Assembly: GCF_009834535.1 (NCBI RefSeq)
Contig: NC_045696.1
Coordinates: 88,414,001 to 88,478,000, forward strand
From: Camelus ferus
Taxonomy: Eukaryota
Direction: 5' to 3'
Length of the DNA: 64,000 nucleotides
In this document: in pieces, positions 50,401-64,000 of the stretch
How positions within the stretch are numbered: position 1 is the first letter of the stretch
Layout: every line of letters starts with the position of its first letter
Made by a program: the position numbers and the translations under genes
Notes under the pieces: model-generated
What the model was told of the DNA's origin: nothing
What the model saw: only the letters and a program-made list of their open reading frames with translations
Databases searched by the model: none

Positions 50401-53400
50401 AGTAGAGTCTGGGTTCTCCAGAAAGAGGAGCCAAAAATATATATTCTCTATATAAACACATAGATACATATACCTCTATCTCTATCTCTGTCTGTCTCTA
50501 CACATAGTGAGAAAGGGATTTATTATAAGGAATTGACTCACTCAACTACGGAGGCTGAGAAGTCCATGATCTGCAGTTAGCAAAGAGCCTACAAGTGCAA
50601 GTTCAGCCCAAGTACAAAGGCCTTAAAATCAGAAGAACTGACAGTATAAGTTCAAGTCCAAGTTATGAGTTCAAAGGAAGGAGAAAACTAATGTCCCAGC
50701 TTGAAGATAGTCAGGCGGAGAGAATTCTTTTGTCCTCAGCTTTTTATTCTACTCAGGCCTTCAATGGGTCAGATGAAACCCACCCACACTGGGGAGGGAG
50801 ATCTGCCTTACTCAGTCTACTGATTCAGATGTTAATTTCATCCAGAAACGCCCTCACACTCACATTCAGAAATAATTATTGACTGGGAAAAAATGCACAA
50901 CCTAAAAGTTGAGAATTATGTTTTATTTGGTGCACACTCTGAGGACTTCAAGCCCAGATGCTGCCTCTCAGATAGCTCTAAGGGACTGCTCCAAAGAGGT
51001 AAAGGAGGAGCCAGGATATGCAGGAGTTTTTGCAACAAAGACCAGGTAGTAAGAACATCAAAAAATTACCATTCATTAAAGAAAACCAGATATCTCAAGG
51101 TAAGGAATTTAGTGCATTTCTGTTTGGGAAGATACAAGAGTCTGGGCTCACTGAAGTCATTCCTTTGATATGCACCTTAGCTATCTACAGCCAGTGTCCT
51201 GTCCTTTCCCATCCCCAGTATCCTCAGGGTGCACAGCTGGGAGTGGTTGCAGTGGCTGAGAGCTTGATGGCAGGCATCCTGTTCCTATCTGGAGTTCCCT
51301 CAGGGCTCACAGTTGGGAGCAGCTACAATGTGATGGCTTGACGGATGCAACATTCTCTGTTTACCGTATGGCAGGCAATAGTTTTCATTCACAGAATGTT
51401 TAACCAAATATCTGGGCACCCTATATATTCTTGACACATACAATTAACCATCACAAGTCTACACCTTGTCAACTTGGCATTCACATGCATCTTCTTAAAC
51501 CATACATAATCCCCAAATAAAGACAAGAGCAAGATCTTAATTCTACCTTCAGTGATAACAACTGTTCTGTGTACAACCAGAAATACACTAATCCCTTTTC
51601 CAGCAGAGGTCATGTAATGTTTCTCAGTGGTGTTTACTCTCCTCCTTGATATCCTGTAACTTTGTATTATGATTTAAGTCAATACATCTTGTGTCACATG
51701 ATAAGAGAATAAGAGGGAAGAAAACAAAGATAATTTGCTTTAAAACACACAGACACACACACACACACACACACACACGTTCATAACGAAATAAGGAGGA
51801 ATACTCAAGACAATTATAGTCCCCATTTCTGTAACTGGTCAAGTGGTCACAGCTGTTACTTGTAACTACTTTCTTCCACTACCCATTTTATATTCCCTTT
51901 GCCTTCAGTAAGCACCTCCCCTGGCTGTGGTTCTTTACACATGGAAGTGATCCAAACCTTCATTCCTGAAGGATCTGGGCCATTGGTAGTCCTACCTGGA
52001 TTGGGTTTTTGTTGTTTCCCACTGACCTTAATCACAAGCATGGTAATAACTAATAATCCTAAAGGGATCTCCTGTATTGCAGACATACCTTTCCATATCT
52101 CTGTTGTGGGCTAGATGTCCAGCTTCCCCTTGGGAGTCAGGATCGGTCATCCCAGCCAGTACAGTAACTCATTACTTTGCCTGTTGAGTCAGAGGCATGA
52201 AGGGGCCAAAGCAGCCAGGCAGCAATTTTAACTCCCAGTTCAGTGGAATCATTATTATGTCTTCTGACGGAAGCATCTTCCCCTTCGGCCTAAGACCTCT
52301 AAGCCAGAAGAGCATAGTCATGGGAACAAGAAGCAAAAATTTTGCTAGTAAGTCATTAGGGGTAATAGTGAGTAGAGCCACTCCCATTTCCACCCCTTGA
52401 CTCATGAATCCCAGCTACGGGAGAAACAGCACCACAAACTGGACGCTAATTCACAGCATACACAGCCTTCTGGAGAAACTTGGCCCAGCCCTGTAAGGTA
52501 CTGCCATCTAGTTGATGCTGGACTTCAAAAGGGCATCCCACCATTCTATCGAGCCAGTTGCTTCAGGATAGTGGGGAATATGTAAGGCTAGCGAATTCCA
52601 TGAGCCCGGGGACGTTGCCACATTTCTTCTGCTGTGAGGTGAGTTCCTTGATCAGAAACAATGCTGTGTAGAATACCACGATGGTAAATAAGGTATTCTG
52701 TGAGTACGATGGTAGTTCTGACAAAAGCAATGTGTGCAGAGAAGGCAAATATAAATCCAGAGAAAGGATCTATTCCAGTAAGAACAAGATGCTGTGTCTT
52801 CCATGATGGAAGCTGTCCAATGTAATCAATCGGCTATCAGGTCACCCTGGGGAATAGTGCCACATCTAAGACTCAGTGCTGGTCTCTGCTGCTGGCAGAC
52901 TGGGCACCCTGCGGTGGTCACAGTCAGGTCAGCCTTGTTGTGCTGAAGTCCATGTTGCTGAGCCCGTGCATAACCTCCATCCCTGCCACCCTAGTCACTT
53001 TGCTTACGAGCCTACTGAGTGATGACAGGGGTGGCTGGGAAAAGGGCTGACTGGCTTCCATATCCACTTAATTATTAAAATCCTCCTCTGCTGAGGTCAC
53101 CCTTTGGTGAGCATTCACATGGGACTCAAATGTCTCCCTGTTTTCTGCCTATTTAGAGAGATCTATCTACATACATGCCTCTTCCCCAAATTCCCTTGTC
53201 ACCAATTTTCCAATCATGTTCCTTCCAAGTTCCTGACCATCCAGCAAAACCACTGGCCACAGCCCATGAACCAGTATACATATAATCATATGTCTGGCCA
53301 TTTTTCCTTCCAAGCAAAGTGAACAACTTAGTGCAACATTCAAAGATCTGTCCACAGGGTGGGTTTCCCTCCACTTCAGGGCCGTCCCAGAAAGGGGCTG

Positions 53401-55536
53401 TGGTGCTGCGGCTGCCTGCTTTCACGTGGTGCCTGCATATTGTATGGAACCATCTGTAAATCTGACCCAAGCCCACTCTTCCTCTGTCAACTGATCAACT
53501 GCAGGGAACTCCCTGTGAGGCCCCAGGTGCAGACCAGGAGAGAGAAGGAAGTGTAGTGTCAGTTAAGAGCCAGTGTCCAGCAGTTCCTGAAAGCCCTAAT
53601 TATTTCCTTTTCCCCAGTGCACAGTTTCCCTGGTAAAGGCCATAGGTTGCTTTGGGGGAGGCTGAGAGAAAGATTAGCAGTATCAATTTTTGACAGTGTA
53701 CCAGGGCACCTGGCCTTCCCTTCATTTAAGGGGTTCTGGGTCTACAAGCTGGCTCAGGTCTGAGAACTGATTGAGGGGCTGGGACTCTCATTCTTAGGAT
53801 TCAGGTTAGAATTTTTCACTTGCCTGAGAGCTTTCCTGTTTATACAGATCAAGTAAGCATTCAGTTGGCTTCCTATCCATTTCATTTCCAGGAGTACCAT
53901 GATCAACCAGCCAACGCCACAGGGCTGTGGGAATCAGACTATTCTGATTGCTGCCTTGACTCTGGGGCCCATTACAGCAACCACGCCCGCCTAGCCTTTG
54001 GGGGTTGAACACAGCCATTTGGCCCTTGCCATCCGCAGGTCCCACTGCACTTAGGTTTCCCCATTCAGTGACTAAAGTCCCCACTGTAAGGCCTGGTCTG
54101 TAGAGAGGAACAGTCAGAGGACTTCAAGGACGCCAGGGCTCCTCTCACAAATTTATTTCTCACAGTCGTGGTGAACAGTGTATCTTCTGGACCCTCACAA
54201 TGTGGGTAAGTAGAGTTTCAGTGACAAATCCACTCTAGTACTCCAAATCCCCAAGCCTCTGAACCCCTTCCTCTACATTAAGCCAAGTCTTGCCTACCAT
54301 TTCTAATTTCTGATTTGCTCATTGTGGGCCACTTTCTGATCCATGCTTCAACAAACCTAAAAAACTCTAGAGCCCTTCCTAACTCCTCAAGCTTCAAGAT
54401 TAAATGGAAAGCCCATATCAACACATTTGGCCTGATCCAACTTTACGCTCCTTCCCCACACATCCCACACCTCAATATCCAACCCCACTCACAGTCTCCA
54501 GATTTCTTTCCATGTAAATCGTAAAACTCAAGTAGTGCTTTTGAAGTGCTGTACACCTCCTCGTGGGTCACACTTCGCATCTCCCTTTTAGGGCTGCTGG
54601 GTTTGGGGTCTAGTTCTAGGTATAGAAGCAGAGAGGAGTAGTAGAGGTGGGTCCTGAGGAGACTCAGCCTTGTCCTGTTTGGCAACTGCCTCAGGGAGAT
54701 CATTACAGTTTCCTCAGAGGAGTCAGTGTTAATCCCCTCAGACGGGTGGAGAGGCTGCTCCCATTGGGTGGGGAGGCCTTTTCCACTGGCAAAGAAGACT
54801 CATTGGCATTTAAGGGCTCAACGTCTCCACCATCACCAGGGTCTTCTCACATGTCCCCATTACAGCTTATAGGATCTCAGTCTTTTCCCAAGCAACATCC
54901 TCACTATAACAAAAGACACCCTACTGAGTCTGGGAGTTTATCACGTGCTGCCATTTAGCCAATCACAAAATAAGATTCTGCATTTGGTTTTAAGCAATCT
55001 CAGCCCTACAGCTACAGGAGGTAAGGGTCCTTCAGGACACACACAAAAGCTTTCAGGTGACTAACACGGTGCTTGCATTGAGAATTTGAATCTCTGAGCT
55101 CAAACTTTTCCTTCACCAGTCTAGAAACATTAGAACCAACTAGCCAACCTCATTATATTTTTTAGCTTTCCAACAATGTTTGACAGTATCATATACACAG
55201 TCACTCAGCTCTTTGTTTCTTACAAGAGGTTGATTCAGAGAATCCAATGGAGATGTTTTCCATATCTCTATTTCCAGATGATGCCATGGACTAACAGTGC
55301 TCTCTTTACTACTGGGAATAGAGACATTAGTGTCTTTAATCTAATCAGATTAGAGAGTCCAATCTGGTTTCAATTCCACAAACCCCAGAACCAATTAAGA
55401 AAACTCATATTTAACATTCTGTTCCACTAGAGCCACTCCTGGTATCAAACTCTGCATCAGTCTGGGTTCTCCAGTGAAATAAAACCAACAGGTCCACCAT
55501 GGCCCAGCCACGTTGACACATAAAATTAACCATCAC
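50401..55536 (-). mobile_element. Degenerate ERVL provirus with MLT2 LTRs (gag, protease, RNase H, integrase and dUTPase remnants; RT missing)
   Basis: 3' LTR ~50401-51454 and short 5' LTR 55453-55536 share the ends gtctgggttctccag and ttaaccatcaca; tRNA-Leu-type PBS (tgataccaggagtgg, minus strand ~55433-55447); peptides LLDTGS*LTL, DQLTEEEWAWVRFTDGS, HSIVSDQGTHLTAEE, IPLNWELKLLPGCFG. Confidence 0.92.
50877..51393 (-). mobile_element. Cetartiodactyl ERV1 (MER41-like) solo LTR nested in the MLT2 LTR
   Basis: Same family as 16629-17131 (cctaaaagttgaga...ttatgttttatttggtg...ttttcattcaca). Confidence 0.88.
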
Positions 55537-55975
55537 ATCTACTGATGCATAACAAATTATTCCAAAACTCAGCAGCTTAAAACAGTCACTTATCGTCTTG
55601 CTGCTGTGGGTCAGGAATCAGGTGCAGCTTAGAATCTCTTAGGAGGCTGCAATCAAAGTGTTGGCCGCAACTACAACTCTCTCAGGGCCTGGGTCGGACG
55701 GCATCTGCTTCCAGCTCACTCTTGTGCTCGTTTTCAGGTCTCAGATATCAACTGACTGTTGACCAGAGATCAATATTTCTTTTGCCACATGGCTTCTCCA
55801 AAGGGCTCCTCACAATGTGGCAGTTTGCATCCCCCAAGCCAGGGCTCAGTGAATGAGAAAGAACAAGACAGAATCCAGAGTCTTTCTGTAACCTAATCTT
55901 GGAAATGACATGCCATCACTTTTGCCCTATTCCACTGGTTAAGAAGAAAATCAGTAAGCCTAGCCCACTCATTTA
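55537..55975 (-). mobile_element. MLT1F-like MaLR LTR (probable host of the ERVL; its first bases may lie at 50391-50400)
   Basis: gcataacaaattattccaaaactcagcagcttaaaaca...gtgggtcaggaatc...acctaatcttggaaatgacatgccatcacttttgcc. Confidence 0.8.
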
Positions 55976-56684
55976 CATACAAACCCAGCTCCCTAACAGC
56001 TGAGGGGAAAGGGACCTGGAAAGCTACGCAGACAGTAGTGGTTTCTCTTGGAAGGGCAGAGGAATTTTGGTGGGGGACAGGGCAGGTGGGGGTGGGGAGG
56101 CAGGGGAAGGAATGGTGTTAGGAAGGACTTTCACACTTTCATTTTATTTGCACTGTTTGAACTGTTTTACCAAAATGTATTGAAGTGTTACATGTGTAAA
56201 TGAAAATAAATACAAATTCAGAAAAAATCCTCACTGGAGTCAATAAAACATTCCCATTTGTTGTTCACAAAAAAAAGTTTTTTTTTAAGGAACGAAAATG
56301 TCATGATCACTGAAATGTTCTTCTCATACTGAAAGAAGAGCCTTAAGAATATCTACAGCTTACATTATGGGCAACATGCAAAGATACAATAAAGCAGAGG
56401 CCTTTTAGCTTGGAATTGATTCTTCCAGGTTGAATGGAGCTCTGGTAGTGGCTTTTAATTGTTCTTTGATTAAATACAGCTGAATGTATCTACTCAGGTT
56501 GCCAGTGGGAACCAGGAGGGCAAAGGGCAAGAGTTATTAAATGGAGAGACATCTTCATAAAGTAATTTTTGAGAATGTTTTTCTTTTTTGCATACTCCTG
56601 AGATAGAATATAATTTTCCCTGATAGGCCTGGAGGCTCTTGGGAAATAAAACGTGCTAACAATGATAAAGATATATAACACCTT

Positions 56685-56870
56685 TTAGATACTTAATACA
56701 TGCCAGGCTCTATGCTAGGAGCTTTACATGCATTATCTCTTTTAATCCTGACACACCTATGCAGAAGGCAGGGTAATTGGCCTCTTTTTCAGACTAGGAG
56801 ACATGAGGTAAATGGCTCAAGGTCACACAGCAGATAGAGGTTAAGCCGTGATTCAAACAGAGGTCATGGC
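56685..56870 (-). mobile_element. MIR
   Basis: atgccaggctctatgctaggagctttacatgcattatctcttttaatcct...aaggtcacacagc. Confidence 0.85.
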
Positions 56871-57427
56871 TTTTGCCCCTCCCCATGAGAAATGAGGCCT
56901 CTGACCTCAAAAACAGGAGCAGGCTACCCAGCAGGAAATGCAAAAAGTGCCGATGAAATTAAACTGCATCTCTTTCTGTCTGTTGTTCTCCAGAGCACAT
57001 GCCTGCCCAGGATTTGATCTCAAGATCTGGGGCCCAGCCCCTCCGCGATGGTGGATCTGGTCTCACTCAGGCCCGTGTCAGCACCCGGGAGAGACGCCAG
57101 CTCTGGAGTACATACTTTATATTGTCAGAGATTCCGCAGGCACTAAATAAGTTGAATGTTTTCTTCTATCAAGGTCCTCCAATCAGGACCAATAGGAAAA
57201 GGGGGGGGGGGGGCTTACACAAATCAAACACATCTTATCCATGGGGTGGAGTGCCTATTATGAAGGATGAAAAGGACAGCAAGCACATGTACAGTGTAAC
57301 GGCCTCATTTGACAATTGAGAAATCCAAGAACCAGAGAGGAAAGTGATTGGTTCATAGACTTTCTACCAGTGAAGGTGCAGCTGGGAGTAGAGGCCCGAT
57401 CTCCCAGCTCCCGGCTCAGTGCTTTTT

Positions 57428-57560
57428 CCATCACGTGTCAGGATGAAAGCCTCAGGTCCCTCTCGCTGAGATATGTGCAGGGGTTGACGTAAGCGCCAGC
57501 TCCAGGGTAAATAAACTACCGGTGACCAGGCGGGGGTGGGAAACACAAAGAACAGGACAT
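57428..57560. promoter_or_regulatory. Candidate enhancer motif cluster
   Basis: CACGTG 57432, TGACGTAA 57485, GTAAATAAAC 57507, GGCGGGGGTGGG 57529 and AGAACA 57549 in locally CpG-retaining sequence. Confidence 0.3.
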
Positions 57561-58149
57561 CACTGAGCAGCCTGGAGGGTCAGACAGAGAGCATCTCATC
57601 ACAGCCAGAAACACAGCAGGGCCACTCATTCTGCAGCACACACTGCCTGCCAGAGCCAGGACCACCGTGTGAAAGTGAGGAGGACCCCAGCTGGCACAGC
57701 TGAAAAGCTCAGCACAGCTACGGGGCAGGTGGAAATGCACTTACTGGAAAGGGCTCCCATGAAGGCAGCCAGTTCTTGGGGAGATATTCCAAGTCTGGAG
57801 AAAGGAACAGAAGAGGAGGAGTGAGGGGGGAGGGGAGCAAGCCTCTTCTGAAAAACACCATGGGGTCTGTCCAGACCCGAAGTCAACTTAAGGTCATTGC
57901 TGGGTCAGAGCTACAGCTGGGGCAGTAACTTAGGTGAGGTCCAGGGACTTTAGGAAAAAGCTTTGACTCAGGAGTACAGCAGGGATCGAAAACTGAAAAG
58001 CCTAGTTTGAGCAGTTAGAGGGATAATAAAAATAAATGAAGAGAGCAGGGTGACTAGAGGCCTTTGCCCCACCACCCCTTTCCATCCCTCTCAAAAAAGC
58101 AGTAACAACACAAACTAACAACTTAAAGGGAGACAGATTTCTAGGTTGT

Positions 58150-58450
58150 GACTAATTTGAGCCCCATATCATAGCTGGTAGCTTATGTGGGAGCGGGAGA
58201 AACTGTGGCAAATAGCGGACAACTGTCCCACCTACACAAAGTAGCTGCTGTTCAGGTCCACAAACTTCTGATTTCCCAAAGTTCAGACTCAATACTGCTA
58301 GCTTTCCAGTTTCCCAAGAGATAGCAGAAATCTGGACGTTTGTGTGTAACCTCCTGAGTTTTAACTGTTGGCAACATATTCAAATATTTTAAACCTATGT
58401 GGACTCAGCAAGGTCTGTGACCAAGTGGTGCACGTCAGTCTGCAGGTTCC
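58150..58450 (+). mobile_element. hAT-Charlie (MER102-like) fragment
   Basis: cagaaatctggacgtttgtgtgtaacctcctgagttttaactgttggcaac. Confidence 0.5.
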
Positions 58451-58552
58451 ACCTTAGAGCAGGAGGGGGGAAGTGTGTATCCAAGGATCAAAGGAACTTG
58501 CTACCCCAAGGGCCCTGAGGCAGATCTCCAGCTTGGATGAAGGTTAATATAG

Positions 58553-58898
58553 CTACAAATCCCCTATCTAGGTCTAACTCCTTTACCCTTGTGGCCAGAC
58601 AGGTTTTGGAATTTAGCAGTTTTCAGATTTTTGATTTTTCAGACTTATGGGGCCTGTGCCATGTAGCATGCCGAGAGAGCTCCGAGGCAAGTGCCCTGGT
58701 AACAAACACACCCATTTTTCTGCAGCAAAGCCTATAAATATTCAGAAATCAAGGGAGATAAATAAAGAGTATAAGTAATCTCCCATAAGTCCCAGTCAAC
58801 TTTTGCACCAAATGAGACAGCTGCACATTTATGAAGAAATATTAAGTTTTCAAAATTACTGGGAATTTAGAATTACTGGTAAGAGATTGTGGACCTAC
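58553..58898 (-). mobile_element. MER46C-like Tigger element
   Basis: gggagataaataaagagtataagtaatctc...gagattgtggacct terminal. Confidence 0.75.
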
Positions 58899-60074
58899 TA
58901 TAAGAGAGAGGCACAACTAATGAGTAACAGGTACATATTCCATTAACTGACACCTAGAAGTTATGCCAGATGACCTCTACCCTTTGGAAAAAATTTTTAT
59001 GTCTTTGCTAACTGGTAACATCCCTGCTATCTCCTCTTTGGCCCGAGGGGAGAGGCAGTGCTTTGCCATTTACCTCTGTCCCCCTCACTGGTCAGGTCCT
59101 TCCCTTAGTACCCCCAGCATAGCTGAGACAGGCTGTCAGGGAAGTTGAGCACAGGCAGTCACTTCCAGCTGCTCTTAGAAGTGGCCCCTCTCAGAGATGC
59201 CACCCCCAGTGGGACCCTGCCTTAACCGCCTCCTTGTTAATGGCTCCCAACTATCGCGATGATTCAAGGTACATACCAAACTCTCAACAAGGACCCAAAC
59301 CAGGAGAAAGTTCTCCATCCTCTCCAGTTCCTGTCCCTCCTCCATCCTCAGGTTTTACACTCAGTAATTTATAATTGTGGATCTATTATTAAAGGGGAGC
59401 CAGTCAATGAGTAATGGGTACACACTCCATTATTCAGGTGGATGACTGCTAGTGGAATTGTTTCCCTTCAAAAGAATCCCTACCCTAACCCTCAGGTCTG
59501 TGGTCATCCTGGACTCACCCCTTCTCACCCCTCAGAACAATTAAGACATAACAGCAGCCAGTATCATCACAGTCTGGGTTAAGGAATCACAGTGGGTGTA
59601 TCCACAATTCACTCTGTGCTAAACTGGACCTAGTCCAGGTCACTTCAAAGTCCCGGAGGTAGACCAGGTGTGCGTGTCTCTCCTGCAGCTTTAGGGGGTT
59701 CTGCTTCTGACTCTCTGCATATTATTCCACAAAGAAGATACATACATCTCCAGCGATAATAACCAAACAGAGCACAGGCTAAATTCAAATGTGGAAAATA
59801 ATTATTTCTCCTATGGAAGATATAATTCAGCAGGGTCTTGGCTTTGCTAACATACTGCCCTATGGAAAGACACATGGGGTTTACATTCCAAAGTAAAGCA
59901 CTTGGTTTAGCTTCTCAACATCTCTAATCCGACAGCCTCAGTTTCACTCAGGAACAACATTTTTGCCTTTAGAGGTAGGAGTGTTCCAAAACAACATACC
60001 TCAGCAAACGGAAGTCTCTTCTTCCAATGAAGATTATTGCTGAAGATCTCAGAAAAGAGCTTCTCCCACTTCTG

Positions 60075-60578
<504 letters not shown>

Positions 60579-60639
60579 ATTATATTGTAATTGATAAGGA
60601 ATTGTGGGGAGATACATGATAATGGGTGAATATCCTATA

Positions 60640-63600
60640 GCTCAATAATCCTCAAAAATCTTTCACCAAATAATTTCAACATCCAAATTGATCCTTATCT
60701 GAATTATTACAATGTTAGTGGCAAAATGGTGATTTTTGAGACTCATTCTTTTATAGGTACTAGCTGGCAGCCTGTGAAAGAAGAAAGCTCACCTCCACCA
60801 CTACCTTTATCTTGAGTGTCGCTAGGGACTCATGGGTTTTTTTTCTGACTCAAGATAATATAACCATTAACATCATTATTCTTCTGATGGTCAACTTAAC
60901 ACAAACTTGGCCAGGGGAACAACTCTGAGCTAGCTCCTGTATCCTCCGACATACCCCAATTAATTTTGAGCACTTCCTCACTTTTGTGCACCAGATGTCT
61001 CCAACTCATTGTGTACTTTCTTTATCCAGACTTGAAATCAGCCATTTCTTCAAAGAACCTGAGCTCCCTTCAGTGGAGAACTGTATTTAGAAATCAGCAT
61101 TCAAATACTAGAGGTGCCCAATGTTACTGGAATATTATTACTTCTAGGCTTTTTCAGGACCCTAGAAAATAAAAATTTCAGAGGTAGAAAATATTAAACT
61201 ATGAATAAATTCTGATACTTCCAATGCAAATCAAATCAAATTTTAAAAATATGATTCTTCCTAACTTTCCCCTGTATCGGTATCTTCCTTCTCCCATAGT
61301 GAGAAAAAAAACCTGGTTTCCAACAATTTTCTCTAACCTATAATACATACAAAGTATTTTCAGAATTTCTTCACTGATATCATTATAAAAAAACAAACAA
61401 GAAAAGATCAGTATTTCTTGCAATTCTTTCTGTACTTAAAATACATTCTATTAACAGAGTACTGTGCTCAAAAGTTAATTCAACAACTAATGCTTCTTTC
61501 TGAGTAGTCATGATCAATTTGATAGTTTCATTAGTTAGGTTAATTTGTGACTGTGTTCAGTATTAGGGTTTGCTTTTTAAATTTCTGTTGATTTAATATG
61601 CAGATCATTTACATGGTTCAAAAGTCAAAACTATATAAAGAGATAAGTTCAGGGAAGTTTTATTTCATTTTCAACATTTTTGTTAGTTTCTGCTTTATCC
61701 CTCTTATATTTCTTTTTTTTAACAATAAGCAAATACATATGGAGTCTTATTTCCCCTTTTCAAACAATGTTTATACTAAACATACTCTTTTATACCTTGC
61801 TTTTTTCATTTAACAAAATATTCCTTGAAAACACTCCACATGAGTACATAGAGGTCTTTGCTGCATAGTATTCCACTGTTTGGATGGACCATCATTTATT
61901 CAACTATTTTTATAAAATGGGCATTTGGGGTTCACTATTTCTTCCAAGAAAATTGATTTGTTTAAACTTTATCCCTACTAGGGACAATTTTGGAAATTTT
62001 TATTTTCCTAGGGAATTATTTGTTTCAACTAGGTTTTCAAATACATTTGCATGATGTTGTACAAAGTAGTCTCTTAAATGTTTAACATTTTCTGTTTCAA
62101 TGCTTATCTTTCCCTTGACATTTCTTGTTTTGTATATTTTCTCCTTTTTCCTTTTCATGATTAGGCTAGCTGATGCTTTGTCTATTTAATTTTTTTTTCC
62201 AAAGAATTATTTAGGTTATTTTCCCCAATGATTTATTTACTAGTTCTTTTATTTTCCCTATTCTAATCATTAATTTCTGCTTTTTGTTGTTTATTATTTT
62301 CTTCTCCCTGCTTTCTTTTGATTTATTTTATTGCTCTCTTTCCAGGTTTGGAATTGCAATTTTCGTTCATTTATTTTCCTTCTTCCATTTCTAGTGATAA
62401 AATTATTTTAGGCTGTTGATTTTCCTCCTATCACTGCTTTAATTGTTCCTCTATCTCCTACATTTCCTATAAAACAGAAGTTAGATCTAGAAGCCTGATT
62501 AGATTTTTACCCACGAATACTTCACTGATGATATGAATAATCACATTTACCATGAGGCACACATTTCCAGTTGTCCCAGTTTTATTTTTGCTAAAGGTGA
62601 TCATTGGGTTCTGGTGGTGCTGGCCAATTTTCTCCAGTTTGAAGTTCCCCATCAACACTTTACCTGATAGTTTTGGTAGCCTTAGGTGATAGTCTCATTA
62701 GAGGTTGCAAAACAGTGAAGGGCTATTCTATCATTCCCTCTTTGTTCATTAGCTGGAATTCATCTACAAAAAAAAAGACTTTTCTTCATTAATTATTTAT
62801 ACAGGAAAGGTAGGCGCTTTGGTGTTTTTTCCCGTGTTCTTCAATGTTTAGAGTGGTGACTTAGTAATCTAGCAACCTCCAATGGTAACCAATATGTTTT
62901 GAAAGCCTCGTTATGAGCTCAGATTTATATATATTTGATGTTTCAATCCATTGCAGTCATTACTTTTTTTTAACTTAAGTTTTAAATTTTTACATTGTAT
63001 CTCTTTTCTCTTACTGTGAAAATCTAAGTTTATAGTAGCATGAACACAATTATTTAGTTGCTATTTTTTTCCCTACATCATGTCCCTATTAGTATTACAA
63101 TAAGCGGCAGTATGGAATTTCCTTGTGATTTTTTTTCTTTAGATTCTATGCCACTAGGGGTATCCCATATTCTTAAAAGAGAGATTGTTTTCTCTATGCA
63201 GCTATAGCACCAAATTGATATATGGTTAGGTTCACTTGTTTCCTTTCATTGTCAATTTTAGGGATCTGTTTTTCCCATTTTCAAATTATATAAATCAAAT
63301 TATATGGTTCCAAAGCCAAAAACTGAATCCACAGAAGTTTTTCTTCTGCCCTTGCCCCTTACCCTGCACTCTCCCCCAATCTAGGAAACCATTTTTTATT
63401 AGTTTTTGATGTATCCTTTCACTGTTACTTTTTGAAAAATATAAATGTTTATGCATTTATTTTCCCACCATTTCTCACACAAAAGGTAGCGCAACATAAA
63501 CACTGTCCTTCATCTTGCTTTATCTCCCTTAACAATCCTTAGCGATAGTTCCATACCTCATTCCTTTCTACAATTGCATAATTCTCTAGTACTTGCATGA

Positions 63601-64000
63601 CCCATAGTTTACTAAACTGGTTCCCTATCACTGAACATTTGGATTGTTTTCATGTTTGTGGTATTGTTTTTGTTTTTGTTTACTATACCAAATAATACCA
63701 CTATAGTTTATGCCTATTATAGTAATTTATATGTTACAAACAATTTCATATTTCTGCAAGTATATCTTCAGGAGACAGTCCTGGATGTGAGTGGATGTTG
63801 GGTCAAAGGGTAAATGCTCATGTAATTTTTCTAGACATTGCCAAACTCCCCACCACAGAGGTTACACTACATTTTTTCCTTTCCACTAGTGATGAGAAGA
63901 CCTGTTACTTGCCAGCCTCTCAGTCTCTAACTTCTGGATGTTTATCAATCTGATGGGTCAGAAATGCCATCTCAAAGTAGTTTTAATTAGCATTCCTAGA
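60640..64000 (-). mobile_element. Stack of old antisense L1MC/L1ME fragments
   Basis: T-rich L1 antisense text: gaaatcagccatttcttcaaagaacc, ctaggttttcaaatacatttgcat, ggatgttgggtcaaagggtaaatgc. Confidence 0.7.

Noticed and set aside
51856..54703. Intact or domesticated ERVL gag/pol gene
   Set aside because: Many stops and frameshifts; no long continuous ORF

Overview
This is mammalian non-coding DNA (intergenic or deep intronic), dense in repeats. I found no supportable host protein-coding gene; the ORFs in the track that I could interpret are repeat-derived or look like chance ORFs. Two Vic-1-like tRNA-derived SINEs and cetartiodactyl-type L1 3' ends, with no recognisable Alu or Bov-tA/CHR elements, point to a camelid (inference). 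Contents: old MIR, L2, L1M and HAL1 fragments; hAT and Tigger DNA transposons; many solo LTRs, concentrated in a nested cluster at about 14-21 kb; an RT-deleted ERVL/MLT2 provirus at about 50.4-55.5 kb; younger L1 3' ends; and small-RNA retrocopies. The most notable items are a TSD-flanked 343-bp element joining only the L1 5' and 3' ends (possibly a spliced or non-autonomous mini-L1), a SINE-tail/L1 chimera, tailless tRNA-Met and U6 retrocopies, a faint retroelement integrase relic, and a compound 48-bp/(GT)n array that multiplies a splice-donor motif. Repeat family names come from my recall of consensus sequences, not from a database search. Boundaries are approximate unless TSDs are given.
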